Below are positions 10,801-25,800 of a stretch of 64,000 nucleotides of DNA, piece after piece. The stretch is taken from positions 4,030,001 through 4,094,000 of the forward strand of contig OZ024765.1 in assembly GCA_964016885.1 (NCBI GenBank). The letters run 5' to 3'. Each line of letters starts with the position of its first letter. Positions within the stretch are counted from its first letter, which is position 1. Origin of the DNA: Eledone cirrhosa. Its lineage: Eukaryota. Made by a program: the position numbers and the translations under genes. Under the pieces are notes generated by a model. That model worked only from the letters and a program-made list of their open reading frames with translations. It made no database searches and was not told the DNA's origin.

Positions 10801-13800
10801 AAGTTTCCAATGGCCCTCAATTTTCTGTTCAGCTGCTCATCGCCCACCCAACAGTTGAAACCGCCCAGTTGAGGAACCCCTGTGGGTAAGCTACATATTA
10901 ATCGAGAGGAGGAGGTGACTATTATAATTTTTATAAGTAATAATCTTTTAAAGACAAGAGGAAATTTCATCATTAAAATCATAAATATATGTCTACAGAA
11001 TACAATACAGATTATCAAAATGAAATTAAAAGCAAGTAAATCAGGGGCCACTAAACTTTACATATTTAGTTGTATTTCTATCGTGAAAAATGTTGATCTT
11101 CAGATATTAGATTATGGCGGCTGTAATTGTCTTTGTGTTTACGTGTTTGTTTGAAATCCTATTTTAATGTTCGTCTCTCTTTAAACATCGTTTATAGTTT
11201 GTTAAAATTAATTTTAGATTATTCGTACCTCGTCTGTGTGGTTTATTTTGATGTAGCGTCCCTGTCTTGTTTATTTTTGGTTACATTTTAAATGTGAAAT
11301 ACAGGAACATCAGACATTAAAATGAAATGTTACGTAAAACACACACCTTGTGTTTATTCCAGGTATTTAGATAGATGTCCAGATGTCCACTGACAACAAA
11401 ATAATACAATCATCCAGTGAAACTTGGTAATAATCCAGGTTCGTTGCAGTCACCATTCACAGTAAACAATGGTTAGAAAGAATCAAAAACAAAAACAAAA
11501 GACGTATTCAGCAGTTAATGAAGTGAAAACAAAATAAAAACAACTTTACTGAATAAAATTCATTTCTTAATTTCAATAAGGTTTTTTGTTCTTTCTTTTA
11601 TAAAAAAAAAAAAAATTTAATTAAAATATGTTGAATATAATATGGGACATTACTACAAAGTACAGCATTATTAGTTCAAATCTTACTTAATAAAAGCAAC
11701 AAATACGCAGTTATTAGTATAAAAGCTAACGGAAATCGAACCCTAAATCAGGATCTCCACCGTCTCTAGTACTTACCATTAGGCCACAGGGACGGTTACA
11801 AAAATTTTTTGAAAATTAATATTTACTTACCTATACTAGAAAAAACCGGAAGTGGAGAAAATTGAAAAACTTCTTCTTTTTCTTCCTCTGATTTTTGCCA
11901 CGAACGATAACTCGTCTCTGACTTAAATCCAAATTTTGGATAAAAAAAAATCAGAGGAAGAAAAAGAAGATGTTTTTCAATTTTCTCCACTTCCGGTTTT
12001 TTCTAGTAATGAAAAAGTAGGTTTATAAATATTAATTTTTAGTAAGTTTCTGTAACCGTCCCTTTAGCTTAGTGGTAAGTATAAGAGCCGGTGGAGGTCC
12101 AGGTCCGGGGTTCAATCACTGGCAGTGTGTCGTATTATATTTTTTATAGTATAAAACAAAAATAAAAAAGTAACTTTATAAATATTAATTTTCACACTGT
12201 TTTTATATCTGTCTCCGTGGCCTAATGGTAGGTATTAGAGACGGTGGAGAACCTGCTCTGGGTTTCGATTTAAGTCAAGGTCTATAGATAATAATTTCAT
12301 TTTTTACTTTACTAGAGAAAAATTTAAATTTTAAAATATATAGTACAGATTCGGACTGAGATTGAACACCACATCAGTGTCTACATAATCTCTAACACCT
12401 ACCATTAGCCCAACGAAACAGATACAAGAACATAAGAAAAAAATTATATTTATAAACCTACTTTCAATTTCCAAGCAAAATAGATGTGCTGGCGTTCATG
12501 GCTTTCTCATTGTTATTTCTACTATAATCGAGTCAATGTTTACATTTATTCTTCTGGGGCTTTCATAAAATATATTTTCACTTTCATTCGGGTTCATTAG
12601 ATCCTACAACCAGATGATCTACAGGGACCTTCTTCATGGTCATAGCTGATTATTAAATATATACGGGAGAGTGTGTGTGTGTATTAGATTAGATCTTGCC
12701 GTGATGTACTCAGCAATAATCGTTTTCAATTCCGTCGTCCCTCCATCCTTGGTGTGTATATAAATATATATGCGATTTTAACGTACAACGGCGACAATAT
12801 ATAAATCTGTTTTGTTTGATAATAATTAGATAAAAATTATTGCTAGAGATTGATCCCTAATATTTTATCTCACTCCTTAACCAGGGAGGAAAGGTCCTCA
12901 GACTCGGACAATGTTGATAAGGAGAGCAGAGTGTATCCTTATTTGTCACGTCTTTCCAGTTGTCACGGTATATAAAAGGCAGTAGTACTAGTCACTCCTG
13001 CGAAAGACGTTGTCAGTTAGCCTTCTGTAACGAGAGAAGAAGGTCGTGGCTTTTTTTTCCTCCCTATCACATAATTTATACATTTGTCATCCTTTAGATA
13101 TCAATATACAAGAGAAAGAAGAAAATTGAGAACTTCGGTCTTTTAAAAGTAACATTTATTACATTAGAGTAAAATCTTGCATTAACAATATTTTGTGAGA
13201 CTAAACATGGAATGGACAAAGAGATTATTAGAAGAAGGGCAATTGTCTCTATCTTAAACGTCAATACATTCTCCAGAAAATCGAAATGAGAATAATTACA
13301 GAGATACTTTACAAAATGTTTCGCGATATGGTTCAAGTTATTTTGTAGTAATATGCAGCTATATTTATACATGTCTCTTATACCCCTCCACGAGGAATTG
13401 TGAATATGTATGAATATGATTTTAAAGATGGCTAAACATGTTGAAGAAAAAAAAAGGAATTCAGATGATAGGAATAATAAAACATTCCTTTGCCAAGCTA
13501 AATGTCGAGAAGTCTAAAACACTAGTTGAATGATATGTGTGATACGACCTAGAATATTGTTTTGGGGCATGGTCAGACGACTTCAGAAAATACGGAGAAG
13601 CTATTGAAGGAATCCAGAAAAGAACAAAACAGAAAACACCAGAATTATTAAGAAATCTGTCTTCTGAAGAAAGATGTTAAACTTTAGGGATTGCAAATTT
13701 AGAGGAGATAAATCTAAGAAGGTGGGGGGGGGGGCATGATAGAAATATATATTTAAAGGACTAATATTTAAATAGTAGTACACTATTCCAATGTAAAGCT

Positions 13801-16800
13801 CTGAATAACTATATCTTTCGGGGAGATATATCAAACGAGTGACATGATATAAATATTTAAAATAATGAAAAGACTACAATATACAGTATTGCAGAAGTAA
13901 ATGAAAATATAAGAAGACATCACCATTGAACTGCAGATGAAAGTCAGTACTCTTTACATTTATCCCAGGTATATAGAAAGCTATCCTGATGTCCACTGAT
14001 TGAAATATAAAACAATAAAGAAACACCACAATCCAGTAAACCTTAGTAATAATCCAATTAAGCCGCCATTTACAGTAGAAAATAGTAAGAAAAACAAAGT
14101 CACACTCAGAAGTTAATGCAGTGAAAACAATAAAAATATTATTAATAAATAATAATAATTTCATTTCATATTATCATTAAATTGTTTGTCTATTTTTATT
14201 GTAAACATAAAATATACTAATATATATATATATACATTCATACATATACATCGATACATTCTGTGAGTATGTCTTACTTAGGCAAAAGTCAAGTAATTTG
14301 CGGGGAGGAACCAATCCGTTAAATTGATCCCAGTACATGACTGGTACTATAAGTTATATGCTCCCAAATCATAAAATTATGGGTTAATCTAAACACTGAG
14401 AACACAAAGGTGGGGTAAAATTATTTAAAAATTGAGGTTTTAATATTTTATCTTTTATTTACAAATTATATGTCTTGGTGTCATATTTAAGGATATAATG
14501 TAGTTATTGGTGGAAATAATATAATATGTGATGAAGAGGTGTATATAACTGTGGATATAGAATTGTTTTAATCATTATTTTTAACGGACGAAAAAACTAC
14601 ATAATGACTTCTAGTCGGAGTTACGGGAAATTACGGCAAAGACCCTCCATGAAGGTTCAAATATTACACATTATCTATATATAGGAATCGGGCTAAACAA
14701 TTTACGGGCACGTCGCTCTAAGTTGGAATATTTTTCACACACACAGACACGGGAGTTAGGTATGGCATATTTCAAATAAGAGAACATTATTACAGACGGA
14801 GTCATTGTAGGTTGAAATCATTGTTAGACCGATCAGAAAGAAAATGGATATTTAATTCATGAATAAACCTGAAGTGTGAAAGACAGAGTCGACCCTTTCT
14901 AGTAACAACACTAAGAAACCCATGAACGCCACCACGTCCTAAATCTAACTCTGCGATCGTCATATCAAATCGAAATACTTCACCAACTGTGGAAGATGAA
15001 GGATTGAAGAACTATGATATATAGCTAAGAGGCTTGTCTCCAGAACATTTAGTAAGGTGTAAGCCAAGGGTTGCCAAATATTTTGGCGTCATGATGGTTC
15101 ACATGAAAAAATGTTCCACCAGCCACCTGTATAGTAAATATTCCAAAGTATACCAAATATGTTTCGTAAATGTTTGTTCCTGGTTTAATTTTCCCAATTA
15201 GCTTCCTGATTTTTATTCAGGTTCTTTGCATATATTCCTTGAATAGGTTTTCGGGTAGCATACCTTCTTAAATCTCAAAATTCTATATCGGCCACCAAAG
15301 TTTCCAATGGCCCTCAATTTTCTGTTCAGCTGCTCATCGCCCACCCAACAGTTGAAACCGCCCAGTTGAGGAACCCCTGTGGGTAAGCTACATATTAATC
15401 GAGAGGAGGAGGTGACTATTATAATTTTTATAAGTAATAATCTTTTAAAGACAAGAGGAAATTTCATCATTAAAATCATAAATATATGTCTACAGAATAC
15501 AATACAGATTATCAAAATGAAATTAAAAGCAAGTAAATCAGGGGCCACTAAACTTTACATATTTAGTTGTATTTCTATCGTGAAAAATGTTGATCTTCAG
15601 ATATTAGATTATGGCGGCTGTAATTGTCTTTGTGTTTACGTGTTTGTTTGAAATCCTATTTTAATGTTCGTCTCTCTTTAAACATCGTTTATAGTTTGTT
15701 AAAATTAATTTTAGATTATTCGTACCTCGTCTGTGTGGTTTATTTTGATGTAGCGTCCCTGTCTTGTTTATTTTTGGTTACATTTTAAATGTGAAATACA
15801 GGAACATCAGACATTAAAATGAAATGTTACGTAAAACACACACCTTGTGTTTATTCCAGGTATTTAGATAGATGTCCAGATGTCCACTGACAACAAAATA
15901 ATACAATCATCCAGTGAAACTTGGTAATAATCCAGGTTCGTTGCAGTCACCATTCACAGTAAACAATGGTTAGAAAGAATCAAAAACAAAAACAAAAGAC
16001 GTATTCAGCAGTTAATGAAGTGAAAACAAAATAAAAACAACTTTACTGAATAAAATTCATTTCTTAATTTCAATAAGGTTTTTTGTTCTTTCTTTTATAA
16101 AAAAAAAAAATTTTAATTAAAATATGTTGAATATAATATGGGACATTACTACAAAGTACAGCATTATTAGTTCAAATCTTACTTAATAAAAGCAACAAAT
16201 ACGCAGTTATTAGTATAAAAGCTAACGGAAATCGAACCCTAAATCACGATCTCCACCGTCTCTAGTACTTACCATTAGGCCACAGGGACGGTTACAAAAA
16301 TTTTTTGAAAATTAATATTTACTTACCTATACTAGAAAAAACCGGAAGTGGAGAAAATTGAAAAACTTTTTCTTTTTCTTCCTCTGATTTTTGCCACGAA
16401 CGATAACTCGTCTCTGACTTAAATCCAAATTTTGGATAAAAAAAAATCAGAGGAAGAAAAAGAAGATGTTTTTCAATTTTCTCCACTTCCGGTTTTTTCT
16501 AGTAATGAAAAAGTAGGTTTATAAATATTAATTTTTAGTAAGTTTCTGTAACCGTCCCTTTAGCTTAGTGGTAAGTATAAGAGCCGGTGGAGGTCCAGGT
16601 CCGGGGTTCAATCACTGGCAGTGTGTCGTATTATATTTTTTATAGTATAAAACAAAAATAAAAAAGTAACTTTATAAATATTAATTTTCACACTGTTTTT
16701 ATATCTGTCTCCGTGGCCTAATGGTAGGTATTAGAGACGGTGGAGAACCTGCTCTGGGTTTCGATTTAAGTCAAGGTCTATAGATAATAATTTCATTTTT

Positions 16801-19800
16801 TACTTTACTAGAGAAAAATTTAAATTTTAAAATATATAGTACAGATTCGGACTGAGATTGAACACCACATCAGTGTCTACATAATCTCTAACACCTACCA
16901 TTAGCCCAACGAAACAGATACAAGAACATAAGAAAAAAATTATATTTATAAACCTACTTTCAATTTCCAAGCAAAATAGATGTGCTGGCGTTCATGGCTT
17001 TCTCATTGTTATTTCTACTATAATCGAGTCAATGTTTACATTTATTCTTCTGGGGCTTTCATAAAATATATTTTCACTTTCATTCGGGTTCATTAGATCC
17101 TACAACCAGATGATCTACAGGGACCTTCTTCATGGTCATAGCTGATTATTAAATATATACGGGAGAGTGTGTGTGTGTATTAGATTAGATCTTGCCGTGA
17201 TGTACTCAGCAATAATCGTTTTCAATTCCGTCGTCCCTCCATCCTTGGTGTGTATATAAATATATATGCGATTTTAACGTACAACGGCGACAATATATAA
17301 ATCTGTTTTGTTTGATAATAATTAGATAAAAATTATTGCTAGAGATTGATCCCTAATATTTTATCTCACTCCTTAACCAGGGAGGAAAGGTCCTCAGACT
17401 CGGACAATGTTGATAAGGAGAGCAGAGTGTATCCTTATTTGTCACGTCTTTCCAGTTGTCACGGTATATAAAAGGCAGTAGTACTAGTCACTCCTGCGAA
17501 AGACGTTGTCAGTTAGCCTTCTGTAACGAGAGAAGAAGGTCGTGGCTTTTTTTTCCTCCCTATCACATAATTTATACATTTGTCATCCTTTAGATATCAA
17601 TATACAAGAGAAAGAAGAAAATTGAGAACTTCGGTCTTTTAAAAGTAACATTTATTACATTAGAGTAAAATCTTGCATTAACAATATTTTGTGAGACTAA
17701 ACATGGAATGGACAAAGAGATTATTAGAAGAAGGGCAATTGTCTCTATCTTAAACGTCAATACATTCTCCAGAAAATCGAAATGAGAATAATTACAGAGA
17801 TACTTTACAAAATGTTTCGCGATATGGTTCAAGTTATTTTGTAGTAATATGCAGCTATATTTATACATGTCTCTTATACCCCTCCACGAGGAATTGTGAA
17901 TATGTATGAATATGATTTTAAAGATGGCTAAACATGTTGAAGAAAAAAAAAGGAATTCAGATGATAGGAATAATAAAACATTCCTTTGCCAAGCTAAATG
18001 TCGAAGTCTAAAACACTAGTTGAATGATATGTGTGATACGACCTAGAATATTGTTTTGGGGCATGGTCAGACGACTTCAGAAAATACGGAGAAGCTATTG
18101 AAGGAATCCAGAAAAGAACAAAACAGAAAACACCAGAATTATTAAGAAATCTGTCTTCTGAAGAAAGATGTTAAACTTTAGGGATTGCAAATTTAGAGGA
18201 GATAAATCTAAGAAGGTGGGGGGGGGGGCATGATAGAAATATATATTTAAAGGACTAATATTTAAATAGTAGTACACTATTCCAATGTAAAGCTCTGAAT
18301 AACTATATCTTTCGGGGAGATATATCAAACGAGTGACATGATATAAATATTTAAAATAATGAAAAGACTACAATATACAGTATTGCAGAAGTAAATGAAA
18401 ATATAAGAAGACATCACCATTGAACTGCAGATGAAAGTCAGTACTCTTTACATTTATCCCAGGTATATAGAAAGCTATCCTGATGTCCACTGATTGAAAT
18501 ATAAAACAATAAAGAAACACCACAATCCAGTAAACCTTAGTAATAATCCAATTAAGCCGCCATTTACAGTAGAAAATAGTAAGAAAAACAAAGTCACACT
18601 CAGAAGTTAATGCAGTGAAAACAATAAAAATATTATTAATAAATAATAATAATTTCATTTCATATTATCATTAAATTGTTTGTCTATTTTTATTGTAAAC
18701 ATAAAATATACTAATATATATATATATACATTCATACATATACATCGATACATTCTGTGAGTATGTCTTACTTAGGCAAAAGTCAAGTAATTTGCGGGGA
18801 GGAACCAATCCGTTAAATTGATCCCAGTACATGACTGGTACTATAAGTTATATGCTCCCAAATCATAAAATTATGGGTTAATCTAAACACTGAGAACACA
18901 AAGGTGGGGTAAAATTATTTAAAAATTGAGGTTTTAATATTTTATCTTTTATTTACAAATTATATGTCTTGGTGTCATATTTAAGGATATAATGTAGTTA
19001 TTGGTGGAAATAATATAATATGTGATGAAGAGGTGTATATAACTGTGGATATAGAATTGTTTTAATCATTATTTTTAACGGACGAAAAAACTACATAATG
19101 ACTTCTAGTCGGAGTTACGGGAAATTACGGCAAAGACCCTCCATGAAGGTTCAAATATTACACATTATCTATATATAGGAATCGGGCTAAACAATTTACG
19201 GGCACGTCGCTCTAAGTTGGAATATTTTTCACACACACAGACACGGGAGTTAGGTATGACATATTTCAAATAAGAGAACATTATTACAGACGGAGTCATT
19301 GTAGGTTGAAATCATTGTTAGACCGATCAGAAAGAAAATGGATATTTAATTCATGAATAAACCTGAAGTGTGAAAGACAGAGTCGACCCTTTCTAGTAAC
19401 AACACTAAGAAACCCATGAACGCCACCACGTCCTAAATCTAACTCTGCGATCGTCATATCAAATCGAAATACTTCACCAACTGTGGAAGATGAAGGATTG
19501 AAGAACTATGATATATAGCTAAGAGGCTTGTCTCCAGAACATTTAGTAAGGTGTAAGCCAAGGGTTGCCAAATATTTTGGCGTCATGATGGTTCACATGA
19601 AAAAATGTTCCACCAGCCACCTGTATAGTAAATATTCCAAAGTATACCAAATATGTTTCGTAAATGTTTGTTCCTGGTTTAATTTTCCCAATTAGCTTCC
19701 TGATTTTTATTCAGGTTCTTTGCATATATTCCTTGAATAGGTTTTCGGGTAGCATACCTTCTTAAATCTCAAAATTCTATATCGGCCACCAAAGTTTCCA

Positions 19801-22800
19801 ATGGCCCTCAATTTTCTGTTCAGCTGCTCATCGCCCACCCAACAGTTGAAACCGCCCAGTTGAGGAACCCCTGTGGGTAAGCTACATATTAATCGAGAGG
19901 AGGAGGTGACTATTATAATTTTTATAAGTAATAATCTTTTAAAGACAAGAGGAAATTTCATCATTAAAATCATAAATATATGTCTACAGAATACAATACA
20001 GATTATCAAAATGAAATTAAAAGCAAGTAAATCAGGGGCCACTAAACTTTACATATTTAGTTGTATTTCTATCGTGAAAAATGTTGATCTTCAGATATTA
20101 GATTATGGCGGCTGTAATTGTCTTTGTGTTTACGTGTTTGTTTGAAATCCTATTTTAATGTTCGTCTCTCTTTAAACATCGTTTATAGTTTGTTAAAATT
20201 AATTTTAGATTATTCGTACCTCGTCTGTGTGGTTTATTTTGATGTAGCGTCCCTGTCTTGTTTATTTTTGGTTACATTTTAAATGTGAAATACAGGAACA
20301 TCAGACATTAAAATGAAATGTTACGTAAAACACACACCTTGTGTTTATTCCAGGTATTTAGATAGATGTCCAGATGTCCACTGACAACAAAATAATACAA
20401 TCATCCAGTGAAACTTGGTAATAATCCAGGTTCGTTGCAGTCACCATTCACAGTAAACAATGGTTAGAAAGAATCAAAAACAAAAACAAAAGACGTATTC
20501 AGCAGTTAATGAAGTGAAAACAAAATAAAAACAACTTTACTGAATAAAATTCATTTCTTAATTTCAATAAGGTTTTTTGTTCTTTCTTTTATAAAAAAAA
20601 AAAATTTTAATTAAAATATGTTGAATATAATATGGGACATTACTACAAAGTACAGCATTATTAGTTCAAATCTTACTTAATAAAAGCAACAAATACGCAG
20701 TTATTAGTATAAAAGCTAACGGAAATCGAACCCTAAATCACGATCTCCACCGTCTCTAGTACTTACCATTAGGCCACAGGGACGGTTACAAAAATTTTTT
20801 GAAAATTAATATTTACTTACCTATACTAGAAAAAACCGGAAGTGGAGAAAATTGAAAAACTTTTTCTTTTTCTTCCTCTGATTTTTGCCACGAACGATAA
20901 CTCGTCTCTGACTTAAATCCAAATTTTGGATAAAAAAAAATCAGAGGAAGAAAAAGAAGATGTTTTTCAATTTTCTCCACTTCCGGTTTTTTCTAGTAAT
21001 GAAAAAGTAGGTTTATAAATATTAATTTTTAGTAAGTTTCTGTAACCGTCCCTTTAGCTTAGTGGTAAGTATAAGAGCCGGTGGAGGTCCAGGTCCGGGG
21101 TTCAATCACTGGCAGTGTGTCGTATTATATTTTTTATAGTATAAAACAAAAATAAAAAAGTAACTTTATAAATATTAATTTTCACACTGTTTTTATATCT
21201 GTCTCCGTGGCCTAATGGTAGGTATTAGAGACGGTGGAGAACCTGCTCTGGGTTTCGATTTAAGTCAAGGTCTATAGATAATAATTTCATTTTTTACTTT
21301 ACTAGAGAAAAATTTAAATTTTAAAATATATAGTACAGATTCGGACTGAGATTGAACACCACATCAGTGTCTACATAATCTCTAACACCTACCATTAGCC
21401 CAACGAAACAGATACAAGAACATAAGAAAAAAATTATATTTATAAACCTACTTTCAATTTCCAAGCAAAATAGATGTGCTGGCGTTCATGGCTTTCTCAT
21501 TGTTATTTCTACTATAATCGAGTCAATGTTTACATTTATTCTTCTGGGGCTTTCATAAAATATATTTTCACTTTCATTCGGGTTCATTAGATCCTACAAC
21601 CAAATGATCTACAGGGACCTTCTTCATGGTCATAGCTGATTATTAAATATATACGGGAGAGTGTGTGTGTGTATTAGATTAGATCTTGCCGTGATGTACT
21701 CAGCAATAATCGTTTTCAATTCCGTCGTCCCTCCATCCTTGGTGTGTATATAAATATATATGCGATTTTAACGTACAACGGCGACAATATATAAATCTGT
21801 TTTGTTTGATAATAATTAGATAAAAATTATTGCTAGAGATTGATCCCTAATATTTTATCTCACTCCTTAACCAGGGAGGAAAGGTCCTCAGACTCGGACA
21901 ATGTTGATAAGGAGAGCAGAGTGTATCCTTATTTGTCACGTCTTTCCAGTTGTCACGGTATATAAAAAGCAGTAGTACTAGTCACTCCTCCGAAAGACGT
22001 TGTCAGTTAGCCTTCTGTAACGAGAGAAGAAGGTCGTGGCTTTTTTTTCCTCCCTATCACATAATTTATACATTTGTCATCCTTTAGATATCAATATACA
22101 AGAGAAAGAAGAAAATTGAGAACTTCGGTCTTTTAAAAGTAACATTTATTACATTAGAGTAAAATCTTGCATTAACAATATTTTGTGAGACTAAACATGG
22201 AATGGACAAAGAGATTATTAGAAGAAGGGCAATTGTCTCTATCTTAAACGTCAATACATTCTCCAGAAAATCGAAATGAGAATAATTACAGAGATACTTT
22301 ACAAAATGTTTCGCGATATGGTTCAAGTTATTTTGTAGTAATATGCAGCTATATTTATACATGTCTCTTATACCCCTCCACGAGGAATTGTGAATATGTA
22401 TGAATATGATTTTAAAGATGGCTAAACATGTTGAAGAAAAAAAAAGGAATTCAGATGATAGGAATAATAAAACATTCCTTTGCCAAGCTAAATGTCGAGA
22501 AGTCTAAAACACTAGTTGAATGATATGTGTGATACGACCTAGAATATTGTTTTGGGGCATGGTCAGACGACTTCAGAAAATACGGAGAAGCTATTGAAGG
22601 AATCCAGAAAAGAACAAAACAGAAAACACCAGAATTATTAAGAAATCTGTCTTCTGAAGAAAGATGTTAAACTTTAGGGATTGCAAATTTAGAGGAGATA
22701 AATCTAAGAAGGTGTGTGTGTGTGTGGGGGGGGGGGGGGCATGATAGAAATATATATTTAAAGGACTAATATTTAAATAGTAGTACACTATTCCAATGTA

Positions 22801-25800
22801 AAGCTCTGAATAACTATATCTTTCGGGGAGATATATCAAACGAGTGACATGATATAAATATTTAAAATAATGAAAAGACTACAATATACAGTATTGCAGA
22901 AGTAAATGAAAATATAAGAAGACATCACCATTGAACTGCAGATGAAAGTCAGTACTCTTTACATTTATCCCAGGTATATAGAAAGCTATCCTGATGTCCA
23001 CTGATTGAAATATAAAACAATAAAGAAACACCACAATCCAGTAAACCTTAGTAATAATCCAATTAAGCCGCCATTTACAGTAGAAAATAGTAAGAAAAAC
23101 AAAGTCACACTCAGAAGTTAATGCAGTGAAAACAATAAAAATATTATTAATAAATAATAATAATTTCATTTCATATTATCATTAAATTGTTTGTCTATTT
23201 TTATTGTAAACATAAAATATACTAATATATATATATATACATTCATACATATACATCGATACATTCTGTGAGTATGTCTTACTTAGGCAAAAGTCAAGTA
23301 ATTTGCGGGGAGGAACCAATCCGTTAAATTGATCCCAGTACATGACTGGTACTATAAGTTATATGCTCCCAAATCATAAAATTATGGGTTAATCTAAACA
23401 CTGAGAACACAAAGGTGGGGTAAAATTATTTAAAAATTGAGGTTTTAATATTTTATCTTTTATTTACAAATTATATGTCTTGGTGTCATATTTAAGGATA
23501 TAATGTAGTTATTGGTGGAAATAATATAATATGTGATGAAGAGGTGTATATAACTGTGGATATAGAATTGTTTTAATCATTATTTTTAACGGACGAAAAA
23601 ACTACATAATGACTTCTAGTCGGAGTTACGGGAAATTACGGCAAAGACCCTCCATGAAGGTTCAAATATTACACATTATCTATATATAGGAATCGGGCTA
23701 AACAATTTACGGGCACGTCGCTCTAAGTTGGAATATTTTTCACACACACAGACACGGGAGTTAGGTATGGCATATTTCAAATAAGAGAACATTATTACAG
23801 ACGGAGTCATTGTAGGTTGAAATCATTGTTAGACCGATCAGAAAGAAAATGGATATTTAATTCATGAATAAACCTGAAGTGTGAAAGACAGAGTCGACCC
23901 TTTCTAGTAACAACACTAAGAAACCCATGAACGCCACCACGTCCTAAATCTAACTCTGCGATCGTCATATCAAATCGAAATACTTCACCAACTGTGGAAG
24001 ATGAAGGATTGAAGAACTATGATATATAGCTAAGAGGCTTGTCTCCAGAACATTTAGTAAGGTGTAAGCCAAGGGTTGCCAAATATTTTGGCGTCATGAT
24101 GGTTCACATGAAAAAATGTTCCACCAGCCACCTGTATAGTAAATATTCCAAAGTATACCAAATATGTTTCGTAAATGTTTGTTCCTGGTTTAATTTTCCC
24201 AATTAGCTTCCTGATTTTTATTCAGGTTCTTTGCATATATTCCTTGAATAGGTTTTCGGGTAGCATACCTTCTTAAATCTCAAAATTCTATATCGGCCAC
24301 CAAAGTTTCCAATGGCCCTCAATTTTCTGTTCAGCTGCTCATCGCCCACCCAACAGTTGAAACCGCCCAGTTGAGGAACCCCTGTGGGTAAGCTACATAT
24401 TAATCGAGAGGAGGAGGTGACTATTATAATTTTTATAAGTAATAATCTTTTAAAGACAAGAGGAAATTTCATCATTAAAATCATAAATATATGTCTACAG
24501 AATACAATACAGATTATCAAAATGAAATTAAAAGCAAGTAAATCAGGGGCCACTAAACTTTACATATTTAGTTGTATTTCTATCGTGAAAAATGTTGATC
24601 TTCAGATATTAGATTATGGCGGCTGTAATTGTCTTTGTGTTTACGTGTTTGTTTGAAATCCTATTTTAATGTTCGTCTCTCTTTAAACATCGTTTATAGT
24701 TTGTTAAAATTAATTTTAGATTATTCGTACCTCGTCTGTGTGGTTTATTTTGATGTAGCGTCCCTGTCTTGTTTATTTTTGGTTACATTTTAAATGTGAA
24801 ATACAGGAACATCAGACATTAAAATGAAATGTTACGTAAAACACACACCTTGTGTTTATTCCAGGTATTTAGATAGATGTCCAGATGTCCACTGACAACA
24901 AAATAATACAATCATCCAGTGAAACTTGGTAATAATCCAGGTTCGTTGCAGTCACCATTCACAGTAAACAATGGTTAGAAAGAATCAAAAACAAAAACAA
25001 AAGACGTATTCAGCAGTTAATGAAGTGAAAACAAAATAAAAACAACTTTACTGAATAAAATTCATTTCTTAATTTCAATAAGGTTTTTTGTTCTTTCTTT
25101 TATAAAAAAAAAAAATTTTAATTAAAATATGTTGAATATAATATGGGACATTACTACAAAGTACAGCATTATTAGTTCAAATCTTACTTAATAAAAGCAA
25201 CAAATACGCAGTTATTAGTATAAAAGCTAACGGAAATCGAACCCTAAATCACGATCTCCACCGTCTCTAGTACTTACCATTAGGCCACAGGGACGGTTAC
25301 AAAAATTTTTTGAAAATTAATATTTACTTACCTATACTAGAAAAAACCGGAAGTGGAGAAAATTGAAAAACTTTTTCTTTTTCTTCCTCTGATTTTTGCC
25401 ACGAACGATAACTCGTCTCTGACTTAAATCCAAATTTTGGATAAAAAAAAATCAGAGGAAGAAAAAGAAGATGTTTTTCAATTTTCTCCACTTCCGGTTT
25501 TTTCTAGTAATGAAAAAGTAGGTTTATAAATATTAATTTTTAGTAAGTTTCTGTAACCGTCCCTTTAGCTTAGTGGTAAGTATAAGAGCCGGTGGAGGTC
25601 CAGGTCCGGGGTTCAATCACTGGCAGTGTGTCGTATTATATTTTTTATAGTATAAAACAAAAATAAAAAAGTAACTTTATAAATATTAATTTTCACACTG
25701 TTTTTATATCTGTCTCCGTGGCCTAATGGTAGGTATTAGAGACGGTGGAGAACCTGCTCTGGGTTTCGATTTAAGTCAAGGTCTATAGATAATAATTTCA